DNA of 64,000 nt from an uncultured Candidatus Rokubacteria bacterium (lineage in GTDB: Bacteria; Methylomirabilota; Methylomirabilia; Rokubacteriales; CSP1-6): positions 1,056,001-1,120,000 of the forward strand of contig CAVYTA010000006.1 in NCBI GenBank assembly GCA_963771355.1. Direction: 5' to 3'. The notes below the pieces were generated by a model. That model did not search any database and was not told the DNA's origin. It worked only from the letters and a program-made list of their open reading frames with translations. Made by a program: the position numbers and the translations under genes. Below, in pieces: positions 1 to 8,326 of the stretch; positions within the stretch are counted from its first letter, which is position 1, and every line of letters begins with the position of its first letter.

Positions 1-796
1 GAAAGGCATGGCCAGGGCTAGATAGGGACCGACGTTGTCGAGCGCGCCCATCCACGCGAGGGTCGGCCACGGCAGCGCGAAACGCAGGCCGGCCAACGGC
101 GCGGCCAGCACGTCCGTCGCCCCCGCCCCACCGAGGAGCGCGCGCCCCCAGAACACCAGGGTGCCCGCCAGCACCGCCGCGAAGGCGCCGGGAAGGCCAC
201 CGGGCAGCCGCACGCGGCCGACGAGCGTCACCAGCACGACCGTGAGCGAGATCAGCCCCACCAGTGGATCGCCGAACACCTTGAGCGCGGGCAAGAACGC
301 GATCAGGAGCGTCGCCACCCCGGCGATGGAGCCGAGCAGCGCCGCGCGGGGCACCACGCGTCGCGCCCAGTCTCCCGCAAAGGCGAGCGCCAGCTTGAAC
401 AACCCCATGGCGATGGTGACCGCCATGCCGATCTTCCAGGCCAGGACGGCATCGCCGGTGACGAGCTTGGCCGGGCCCAGCACGCCGAACACCATGCCGA
501 AGAGGGACGGTGTGTCGATCCCGAACGGCATGGCGGTGACGTCGGCGCGGCCCGTCCGCCGCATGAGCGCGCGCGCGAGCCAGGTGTAGGTGAGGTCGCC
601 GAGGAGGACTCCCGCCGCGGTGCCCGGCACCATCACGTAGAGCACGAGGTCGGCGGGAAAGCCGAACACCCCGATGAGGAGGCTCGACAGGATGACCAGC
701 TGGGTCAGGTTGTCGAGGGCGAGACCGAAGAACGCGTTCCAGTCGCCGGGGGCATACCACCGTATCCGCTCGTCTCGCCGCTCGACGCGCGCTCAT
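1..796 (-). CDS. NCS2/AzgA-like (xanthine/uracil/vitamin C family) permease, 3' end off-window; start region disturbed
   Basis: Manual minus-strand translation gives RIRWYAPGDWNAFFGLALDNLTQLVILSSLLIGVFGFP...DVTAMPFGIDTPSLFG..., a multi-TM protein not shown in the ORF track. The likely ATG at 796 is one base out of frame. Confidence 0.75.
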   Translation of the reverse strand, partial: MSARRAARRADTVVCPRRLERVLRSRPRQPDPAGHPVEPPHRGVRLSRRPRALRDGAGHRGGSPPRRPHLHLARARAHAADGPRRRHRHAVRDRHTVPLRHGVRRAGPGQARHRRCRPGLEDRHGGHHRHGVVQAGARLCGRLGATRGAPRGAARLHRRGGDAPDRVLARAQGVRRSTGGADLAHGRAGDARRPRAAARWPSRRLRGGAGGHPGVLGARAPRWGGGDGRAGRAVGRPAFRAAVADPRVDGRARQRRSLSSPGHAF

Positions 797-858
797 CTCG
801 CCGAACTCGACGCCCGCTCGTCTCGCCGCTCGACGCGCCTCATCTCGCCGAGCTCGGA
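766..858. repeat. Tandem repeat, 4 x ~24 bp (2 x 48 bp), over the permease start
   Basis: Units ccgctcgtctcgccgctcgacgc (766, 814) alternate with gc(g)ctcatctcgccga(a/g)ctcg (789, 837). Confidence 0.85.
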
Positions 859-901
859 TCCCGCTTGTGGCGCCAGTCAGGCGGGCGTGGCGCGGGGCGG
901 G

Positions 902-1219
902 TCACGCGGAGCGACGCTCCTCACGCTCCTCGGCGATGAGCCCGCGCGCCAGCTCGCGCACCCGGCGGGCGAGCGCGTCGCACCACGCCAGGTCCCCGCG
1001 ATGCGCGGAGCCATCCGCGAAGTCGAGCTCCAGGGGCGGTGCCCCGGGCGGCGGGAGCACCCGCTTCCCCAGCCGCAGCCGCACCCCGTAGCTCCGGTTC
1101 TCTCGCTCGCCTTCCGCCTCCACGATCGCCTCCACCCGCGGGCTCTCGCGCTTGGCGTGCGAGGTCACGAAGTTGGCGAGCCAGCGTGCGACTTCCCCGT
1201 AGTCACCGCCTGAGAACAT
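902..1219 (-). CDS. Hypothetical protein (105 aa)
   Basis: ORF with an upstream GAGGAG RBS-like sequence, co-oriented downstream of nrdJ. Confidence 0.65.
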   Translation of the reverse strand: MFSGGDYGEVARWLANFVTSHAKRESPRVEAIVEAEGERENRSYGVRLRLGKRVLPPPGAPPLELDFADGSAHRGDLAWCDALARRVRELARGLIAEEREERRSA

Positions 1220-1231
1220 TGCCGGGCTCCT

Positions 1232-1380
1232 CTCGCCTTACCTGCGGCTCGCCCCGCTCGCTCCGCTCGCAAAGCATCTTCGTTTCCGCTCGCCTCGCCT
1301 TCGGCTGCGGCTCGCCCTCGCTCGCTCCGCTCGCAAAGCACTTTCGTTTCCGCTCGCCTCGCCTTCGGCTGCGGCTCGCC
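1232..1380 (-). repeat. Dispersed 61-bp element, locus A (two full units at 1256-1316 and 1320-1380 plus a partial unit)
   Basis: Near-identical direct repeats with 64-bp period, beginning 2 nt after the nrdJ stop. Confidence 0.9.
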
Positions 1381-1382
1381 AA

Positions 1383-3692
1383 TCAACATTCGTTGAAGCC
1401 GCAGGAGACGCACTTCTTGCAGCCTTCCTCGTAGATGAAGGTGGCCTGACCGCACTCGCGGCAGAGATCGCCGATCAACCGGCGGGGGCTCGACGACACC
1501 GAGGGGCCCGACGTCGCCCGCTCCCCCACGTGCTCGCTCAAGGTGCGCGCGAGAGCGTCGGGCAGCGAGAGGATCTTCGAGGCGCCGAAGCCGGTCGGCT
1601 GGCCGCCGCCGATTCGCGAGAGCTGGCTCACCACTTCGTCGACGCGGCGGCGCGGGGACAGCGGCGAGGGCAGCCGTAGGATCAGCGACACGAGCCGGCC
1701 CAGCGCCTCGGCCACCGCCATGGTGTCCGTGCCCGCCTTGCCCACCTGGACGAAGACCTCGAAGGGATCACCGCCCGGGGTGTCGTTGACGGTGATGAAC
1801 GCGGTGCCGATGGGCGTCTCCATCCGATAGGTCGCGCCGGGAAGGCTGTGCGGCCGCGGCTTGACCACGCGGTCCGGCGGCCCGGCGGCCCCCGCCTCGC
1901 TCTGCCCCACCCCCACGTGCAGCACCTGGCTGCCCTTGCTCCCGTCGCGGAATACCGTGATCCCGAGACAGCCCTCCTGCCAGGCGAGGAGATAAGCCTG
2001 CGCCACGTCGTCCTCGGTGGCGTCGTGCGGGAGATTGATGGTCTTGGACACCCCGTTGTCCGTCTGCTTCTGGAAGGCCGCCTGATGCCGCACGTGCCAG
2101 CGATAGTCGATGTCGTGGGCGGTCTTGAAGACCGCGCGCACCGACTCGTCGATGCCGGGGACGTCCTGCACCGAACCGTGCCGCACCACCTCCGCCATGA
2201 GCGCGTCGGAGTGGAACCCCCGCGCGCGCGCCAGGCGCTCGAAGGTCTCGCTGACGAAAGGCAGCACCCGCTCGCCTTCCGGACCCGGCACCCGGTGCTC
2301 GAAGGCCAGCGCGAACAGGGGCTCGATGCCCGACGAGCAGCCGGCGATCATCGAGATGGTACCGGTGGGCGCGATGGTGGTGACGTTGGAGTTCCGAAGC
2401 GGGCGGCCCGCGCGGTAAATCGACCGCGGGAAGTTCGGGAAGGGGCCGCGCTCCTCTGCCAGCCGCGCCGACTGGTCATGCCCCTTCTCCTGGATGAACC
2501 CCATGAGACGCTCGGCCAGCGCGAGCGCTTCCTCGCTGTCGTACGGGATGCTCAGCAGGAAGAGCAGGTCCGCCCAGCCCATGATGCCCAGGCCGATCCG
2601 GCGATTGGCCTTCACGGTGGCGGCGATCTGCGGCAGCGGGTAGGGATTGACCTCGATCACGTCGTCAAGGAACCGCACCGCCAGCCGCACCACCCGCTCG
2701 AGCTCGTCCCAGTCGATTTCGGGGCGGCTGCCGGCGGGGGCCTCGCGGACGAAGCGCGCGACGTTGATCGACCCGAGATTGCACGCGTCCCAGGGCGGCA
2801 AGCTCTGCTCGCCACACGGATTGGTCGCCTCGATGTTCGTGAGCTCCGGGGTGGGATTGGCCGGGCTCGCGTTGATGCGGTCCAGGAACACGAGCCCGGG
2901 ATCTCCCGTGCGCCACGCGGCGCGGACTATTCGCTGGAAGACGTCGCGCGCGGCGAGTCGGCCCGCCACCTGCCCGTCCCGCGGGTTCACCAGGTCGTAG
3001 TCGCCGCCCGCGATCAGGGCGTCCATGAAGGCTTCCGTCGCGCCGACCGAGATATTGAAGTTGCTCACGCCGCCCTCGAGCTTGCACTCGATGAACTCGA
3101 GGATGTCGGGATGATCCACGCGGAGCACGCCCATGTTGGCCCCGCGGCGCATTCCGCCTTGGCGCACCGCCTCCGTGGCCGCGTTGAACACGCGCAGGAA
3201 TGACACCGGCCCGGAGGCGCGCCCGCCCGTGGAACGGACGATGTCGTTCTTCGGCCGGAGCCGCGAGAAGGCGAAGCCGGTGCCGCCGCCCGACTGCTGG
3301 ATGATGGCGGCGGCCTTGATGGACTCGAAGATCTCCTCCATCGAGTCGCCGACGGGGAGCACGTAGCAGGCCGAGTACTGGAGGTGGTTCCCCTTGCCCG
3401 CGTTCATCAGGGTGGGCGAGTTGGGGAGGAAGTACCCATCGACCATCATCTCGTAGAATGCCGTGGCGATCTCGCGCTGGGCCGCGGCGGTTCGTCCGAA
3501 GCGTCCCTCCGCCTCGGCGATAGCGCGCGCGACCCGCCAGCACATCTCCTCGGGGGTCTCGATCACCTCCCCCTGCTCACGGGTCAGATACCGCTCCCGC
3601 AGCACCCGGAGCGCCGCCTCGCTCCAGCGACCGGTCCGGGCGGGGCGTGACTCGTATCCCAGTGTCTTCTCTACCACTGTCGTCTCCTCCAT
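1383..3692 (-). CDS. nrdJ: Class II adenosylcobalamin-dependent ribonucleotide reductase
   Basis: Motifs PNSPTLMNAG, SACYV, TNPCGEQ and TIAPTGT; C-terminal TSCPD-type domain and Cys-rich tail CRECG...CKKCVSCGFNEC. Start reassigned to MEETT (ATG 3692). Confidence 0.93.
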   Translation of the reverse strand: MEETTVVEKTLGYESRPARTGRWSEAALRVLRERYLTREQGEVIETPEEMCWRVARAIAEAEGRFGRTAAAQREIATAFYEMMVDGYFLPNSPTLMNAGKGNHLQYSACYVLPVGDSMEEIFESIKAAAIIQQSGGGTGFAFSRLRPKNDIVRSTGGRASGPVSFLRVFNAATEAVRQGGMRRGANMGVLRVDHPDILEFIECKLEGGVSNFNISVGATEAFMDALIAGGDYDLVNPRDGQVAGRLAARDVFQRIVRAAWRTGDPGLVFLDRINASPANPTPELTNIEATNPCGEQSLPPWDACNLGSINVARFVREAPAGSRPEIDWDELERVVRLAVRFLDDVIEVNPYPLPQIAATVKANRRIGLGIMGWADLLFLLSIPYDSEEALALAERLMGFIQEKGHDQSARLAEERGPFPNFPRSIYRAGRPLRNSNVTTIAPTGTISMIAGCSSGIEPLFALAFEHRVPGPEGERVLPFVSETFERLARARGFHSDALMAEVVRHGSVQDVPGIDESVRAVFKTAHDIDYRWHVRHQAAFQKQTDNGVSKTINLPHDATEDDVAQAYLLAWQEGCLGITVFRDGSKGSQVLHVGVGQSEAGAAGPPDRVVKPRPHSLPGATYRMETPIGTAFITVNDTPGGDPFEVFVQVGKAGTDTMAVAEALGRLVSLILRLPSPLSPRRRVDEVVSQLSRIGGGQPTGFGASKILSLPDALARTLSEHVGERATSGPSVSSSPRRLIGDLCRECGQATFIYEEGCKKCVSCGFNEC

Positions 3693-3729
3693 GGGCCTCT
3701 GCCCGGCCACTACGGGCGGCAGTGTCTGT

Positions 3730-3759
3730 AGAATAACACACGGCCTATGGGGGTGGGAA
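3730..3759 (-). promoter_or_regulatory. Candidate sigma70 promoter for nrdJ
   Basis: Minus strand TTCCCA-N18-TATTCT with an extended -10 TG, in an AT-rich intergenic region. Confidence 0.35.
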
Positions 3760-3886
3760 CGATTTTTCCTAGGAATAATACTACTTTGCGCGCGTCTGAA
3801 GAACCGATAGAATGCGACGTTATGGTCCTCAGGCACGCGCCGAATCCCGTCGTGTTCTCGGGTTCGCGACGGAGAATCGCACCGCC

Positions 3887-4387
3887 ATGCAAGGCCTGAG
3901 ACGCTACCGCGTCGGTCTCGCGCTGGTCGTCCTCGCGGTGGTCTTGGGCTTCCTGGTCTTCTACCGCCTCAAGGATCAGCAAGCGCGCGCCGTCCAGCAG
4001 GCCGCGATCTTCTCCAAGGTTTCCGGTTATATCCGGCGGGTGCCCGCGGACCGCGGCGACTTCGTCAAGGAGGGCCAGCTTCTCGCCGAGATCGACGACC
4101 AGGAGCTTCAAGCCCAGGTCGAGCAGGCGCGCGCCGGGCTCCTCACGGGCCAGGCCAGCCATCAGATGGTTCGCTCCACCCTGGACGGCAATCGGGCCAA
4201 TCTCGAGAATGAGCGGGCCTACCTCGTCAACGCTCGGGCCGTGGCCGCGGTGATCGGCGGCCTCGCCCTCTCGACCGTCTTCACCCTCATCCTCATTCCC
4301 ACGCTCTACGTCATGGTGGAGACGCGCTTCCCGCGTCGCGTGGAGACCCGGGAGCTCTCGCTCACGCCTCAAGGAGAATCCGCATGA
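3887..4387 (+). pseudogene. In-frame chimera of an efflux membrane-fusion protein N-terminus and an RND (AcrB-type) C-terminus
   Basis: TM anchor plus IFSKVSGYI...GDFVKEGQLLAEID (MFP lipoyl half), then an abrupt switch to AVIGGLALSTVFTLILIPTLY (RND last TM helix). Stop overlaps the TolC ATG (ATGA). Confidence 0.75.
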
Positions 4388-5811
4388 TCAGCCTTGCCTC
4401 GCGCATCCTGGCGGCCTTCGTCCTCGCGGCGCAGCTGTTGCCCGCGTCGGCGACGGCCCAGCCCACCGCTGCCGACCCCATGGCGCCGCGGCAGCCGCTC
4501 ACCGCGCCCGGCGCTATCCGGGCCTTTCCCACGCCGGTGGAGGTCTCCACCCGCGAGCTCTCCCTGGGCGAGGCGGTCCGCATCGCGCTGGACAATGCCC
4601 CGGTGATCATCCAGCGGTTCGGGGAATACGCGGCGGCGCAACAGCGTATCGATCAGGCCTTCTCGGCCATGCTCCCGCAGCTGGGCTTCTTCGGCCAGGT
4701 GAATCGGTCCGACGAGAGTGCGCGCGTGTTCAGAGGTTCCGGCTCCTCGACCAGCACCAGGACCGACACCCCCGCGCCCGGGAGCGCACGACTCAGCCTC
4801 TCGCAGATGCTGTTCGATTTCGGGCGCACCTGGGCCGCCACCGACGCCGCCAAGGCCAACTCGGATACCGCCCGGGAGCAGGTGGAGCTGCAGAAGGACC
4901 TGATCGTCCTCACCGTGAAGGAGCAGTACTTCCTGCAGCTGCTCAGCGGCCGTCTGGTCGTCGTCAGCGTCCAGGCGGTGGACCGGGCGGAGCTGAACCT
5001 CAAGAGCGCCAAGGGCTTCTACGATGTAGGCACGCGCCCCAAGTTCGACGTGACCCGCGCGGAGGTGGACGTGGCCAATGCCCGCGTCAACTTGATCCGG
5101 GCCCAGAACGCGGTGAGCCTGGCCCGCATCGGCCTCAACCAGGCCATGGGCATCGCCATCAATGCCCCCACGCGCGTCAAGGACATCCTCGGCTACGAGG
5201 CGGTGACGTTCGACCGCGAGACCCTGGTGTCGGAGGCGCTCAAGCAGCGGCCCGAATACAAGCAGGCCCGGCTCCAAGCCGAGGCCGCCGAGGCCACGGT
5301 GCGGCAGACCTTCCGTGACTTCTTCCCGAATCTCTTCGGGGTCACCTCGGCGGGGGCGGGGCGCTCGGACGTCGACTCCCGGGGATCCATCCTCAACCCC
5401 AACGGCAATTCCACCCTCGAGTCCAAGGACTGGCAGATCGGGCTCGAGCTCCGCTGGAACATCTTCGACGGCGGCAACAAGATCGCCCGGTACCGGGAGA
5501 CCAAGGCTCTCCTGGAGGCCGCGCAGGCGGGGGTGCGGGACACCGAGCTCCAGGTCTGGCAGCAGGTCGAGCAGGCGCACGTCAACGTGGTGGAGGCAGA
5601 GGAGCGCATCGGCGCCGCCCAGAAAGCGGTGGAGTCGGCCCAGGAGAACTTCCGGCTCAGCCAGGGACGTTTCGACGCCGGCGTCGGGACCATCATCGAG
5701 CTGACCGACGCCCAGCTCGCGCTGACCCAGGCCCAGGCCACCGAGGCGCAGGCGCTCTCCGACTACAAGATCTCGATCGCCCGGCTCGAGCGCTCTCTCG
5801 GGCGCCGCTAG
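4384..5811 (+). CDS. TolC-family outer membrane efflux protein
   Basis: Signal peptide and two OEP repeats; ends RFDAGVGTIIELTDAQ...LERSLG. Confidence 0.92.
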   Translation: MISLASRILAAFVLAAQLLPASATAQPTAADPMAPRQPLTAPGAIRAFPTPVEVSTRELSLGEAVRIALDNAPVIIQRFGEYAAAQQRIDQAFSAMLPQLGFFGQVNRSDESARVFRGSGSSTSTRTDTPAPGSARLSLSQMLFDFGRTWAATDAAKANSDTAREQVELQKDLIVLTVKEQYFLQLLSGRLVVVSVQAVDRAELNLKSAKGFYDVGTRPKFDVTRAEVDVANARVNLIRAQNAVSLARIGLNQAMGIAINAPTRVKDILGYEAVTFDRETLVSEALKQRPEYKQARLQAEAAEATVRQTFRDFFPNLFGVTSAGAGRSDVDSRGSILNPNGNSTLESKDWQIGLELRWNIFDGGNKIARYRETKALLEAAQAGVRDTELQVWQQVEQAHVNVVEAEERIGAAQKAVESAQENFRLSQGRFDAGVGTIIELTDAQLALTQAQATEAQALSDYKISIARLERSLGRR

Positions 5812-5872
5812 CGCCCGCCTCCGCGGGGGAATATCCTGTAAACATGGGCGCCTGGGGGTACGTCTCACCGGT

Positions 5873-7552
5873 ATGAAGCGACGGCTGGTCTGGATGGCGC
5901 TGGTCCTCGTGCTCGCGGCAGGCCTGACCGGGGCCTATCTCTACAGCCAGAGCGGCGGGAGCGCACCGCGCTTCCGCACCGCCCCCGTCAGCCGCGGCCC
6001 CGTCACCGCGTCCATCGCCACCACCGGGAATCTCAACGCGGTGATCACGGTCCAGGTGGGCTCCCAGGTCTCGGGCCAGGTCCGGGAGCTGTTCGCGGAC
6101 TTCAACTCCGAGGTGAAGCGCGGCCAGCTCATCGCGCGCATCGACCCCGCCACCTTCGAGGCCAAGGTGGCCCAGGTGCGGGCGGAGCTGGATTCGGCAG
6201 AGGCCACCGTGCTCAACCAGCGCGCCCAGGTGGAGCGCGCCCGCGCCGATGTCGACAACGCGCGGGCGGCCCTGGCGAGCGCGCATGCCCAGACGGCCAA
6301 GTCCAGCTCCGCCCTCCTCGAGGCGCGCCGGGACCTCGCGCGCAAGAACGATCTGTTCCGCCAGGAGCTGATCGCCCGCAGCGACCTCGACACCGCCCAG
6401 GCCGTGCACGACCAGGCGTCGGCGCAGCTCGAGTCGGGCCGGGCGCAGGAGCAGGCGCTGGCCTCCGCGATCAAGGCCTCCGAGGCCCAGCTCAAGGTCA
6501 CCGAGGCCCAGGTCAAGAGCGCGGAGGCGGCGGTGCGCCAGAAGCAGGCCGCGCTCCAGCAGTCGCAGGTGGACCTCGAGTACACGTCCATCCGGGCGCC
6601 CGTGGACGGCACCGTCATCTCGCGGACCGTGGATGTGGGCCAGACGGTAGCGGCGAGCCTGCAGGCACCCACGCTCTTCACCATCGCCCAGGACCTGACC
6701 AAGATGCAGATCGACACCAACGTGGACGAGGCCGACATCGGCCGCACCCAGGTGGGCCAGCGGGTGACGTTCACGGTGGACTCGTTCCCGAACGAGACCT
6801 TCAACGGTCAGGTGGTGCAGATCCGGAAGGCATCACGCACCGTGCAGAACGTGGTCACCTACAACGTGGTGATCGCGGTGGCCAACCCCGAGCTGAAGCT
6901 CCTTCCGGGTATGACCGCCAACGTCCGCGTGGTCACCAGCACCCGGCCGGACGTGCTCCGCGTGGCCAACGCGGCGCTCCGCTATCGCCCGCCGGGCGAG
7001 GAGCCCGCGCCCACCGGCGCCGCCGCGCCCACCGGCCCCGGCGGGACGCCCTTCCAGCGTCCGCCCCCGCCCTCCCTCGAGGAGACCAAGGCGCGGCTGA
7101 CCAAGGAGCTCAAGCTCACCGACGAGCAGCAGAAGAAGCTCGAGCCCATCCTGGAGGAGTCGCGGTCGCAGTTCACTTCGCTGAACCGCGTCCCCCAGGA
7201 GCAGCGGCGTGCCGCCGCCACGCGCATCCGGGAGGAATCGCGCCAGAAGATTCGCGCGCTGCTCACGCCCGAGCAACAGGCGATCTTCGACCAGCTGCCC
7301 CAGGGGCAGTCCGGGCGCGGCGGAGGCCAGGCGGGGCGCGTCTGGGTGCTCGGCCCCGATGGCAAGCCGACCGCAGTGTCCATCCGCCTCGGGATCAGCG
7401 ACGGCAATGCCACGGAAGTGGTGGGAGGGGAGCTGAAAGAAGGCCAGGAAGTGCTGGTGGGCACGCTCGCCGCGGGCAACGCCGGCGCTCGCCCCTCCGG
7501 GCCGGCCTCCCCGCCGCCGCAACCGCAGACCGGCCCCCGCATGCGCCTCTAG
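5873..7552 (+). CDS. MacA-like periplasmic adaptor (MFP) with an inserted LTxxQ helical domain
   Basis: VQVGSQVSGQ, IRAPVDGTVISRTVDVGQTVAASLQAPTLF, LLPGMTANV. Confidence 0.92.
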   Translation: MKRRLVWMALVLVLAAGLTGAYLYSQSGGSAPRFRTAPVSRGPVTASIATTGNLNAVITVQVGSQVSGQVRELFADFNSEVKRGQLIARIDPATFEAKVAQVRAELDSAEATVLNQRAQVERARADVDNARAALASAHAQTAKSSSALLEARRDLARKNDLFRQELIARSDLDTAQAVHDQASAQLESGRAQEQALASAIKASEAQLKVTEAQVKSAEAAVRQKQAALQQSQVDLEYTSIRAPVDGTVISRTVDVGQTVAASLQAPTLFTIAQDLTKMQIDTNVDEADIGRTQVGQRVTFTVDSFPNETFNGQVVQIRKASRTVQNVVTYNVVIAVANPELKLLPGMTANVRVVTSTRPDVLRVANAALRYRPPGEEPAPTGAAAPTGPGGTPFQRPPPPSLEETKARLTKELKLTDEQQKKLEPILEESRSQFTSLNRVPQEQRRAAATRIREESRQKIRALLTPEQQAIFDQLPQGQSGRGGGQAGRVWVLGPDGKPTAVSIRLGISDGNATEVVGGELKEGQEVLVGTLAAGNAGARPSGPASPPPQPQTGPRMRL

Positions 7553-7561
7553 CGCGGCGCC

Positions 7562-8326
7562 ATGCTCATCGACGTCCAGGATCTGGCCAAGGACTATCGG
7601 ATGGGCGCCCAGACCGTCCACGCGCTCCGCGGGGTCACGCTCACAATACGGGCCGGGGAGTTCGTGGCGGTGATGGGCCCCTCGGGCTCCGGGAAGTCCA
7701 CCTTCATGAACCTGCTGGGCTGCCTGGACGGACCCACCGCGGGCCGCTACCTCCTGGACGGCCAGGACGTCTCCGGGTTGGGCGCCTCCGCGCTCGCCCG
7801 CGTCCGCAACCAGAAGATCGGCTTCGTCTTCCAGGGCTTCAATCTGCTCGCCCGGACGAGCGCGCTGGAAAACGTGGAGCTCCCCCTCCTGTACGGCAGC
7901 CTGTCCTCGGCGGAGCGCCGAGCCCGGGCCAACCACACCCTCGAGGCGGTGGGACTCAGCGATCGCGCCGACCACCAGCCCAGCCAGCTCTCGGGCGGCC
8001 AGCAGCAGCGGGTGGCCATCGCCCGCGCCCTGGTGAACACGCCGGCCCTCATCCTGGCTGACGAGCCCACCGGCAACCTCGACACGCGGACCAGCGTCGA
8101 GATCATGGCGCTGCTCCAGACCCTGAATCGCCAGGGCATCACGGTCGTCCTGGTCACGCACGAGCGCGACATCGCGGAGTACGCCACCCGCGTCATCTAC
8201 TTCCGCGACGGCCGACTGCAGCGCGACGAGCGGAATGCGCAGCCCCGCGACGCCCAGGCCGAGCTGCGAGACCTGCCGCCCGCCGACGATGAGGCGGCCT
8301 CCCCGGCGTCGGAGGCGGCGGCATGA
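7562..8326 (+). CDS. MacB/LolD-type ABC transporter ATP-binding protein
   Basis: Walker [10 protein letters not shown], signature LSGGQQQR, Walker [12 protein letters not shown]. Confidence 0.95.
   Translation: MLIDVQDLAKDYRMGAQTVHALRGVTLTIRAGEFVAVMGPSGSGKSTFMNLLGCLDGPTAGRYLLDGQDVSGLGASALARVRNQKIGFVFQGFNLLARTSALENVELPLLYGSLSSAERRARANHTLEAVGLSDRADHQPSQLSGGQQQRVAIARALVNTPALILADEPTGNLDTRTSVEIMALLQTLNRQGITVVLVTHERDIAEYATRVIYFRDGRLQRDERNAQPRDAQAELRDLPPADDEAASPASEAAA

Noticed and set aside
793..795. Sec readthrough of the in-frame TGA before the permease
   Set aside because: No Cys-homologous context. A duplication plus a single-base indel explains it better.
1256..1380. CRISPR mini-array
   Set aside because: Units are almost entirely identical, the variable part is only about 14 nt, and copies are dispersed at gene ends.
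1383..3692. Intein or intron in nrdJ
   Set aside because: Motifs are contiguous and the length (769 aa) is ordinary.
3735..3790. NrdR boxes or cobalamin riboswitch upstream of nrdJ
   Set aside because: Only weak resemblance to the NrdR consensus, and no B12-box or room for a riboswitch.
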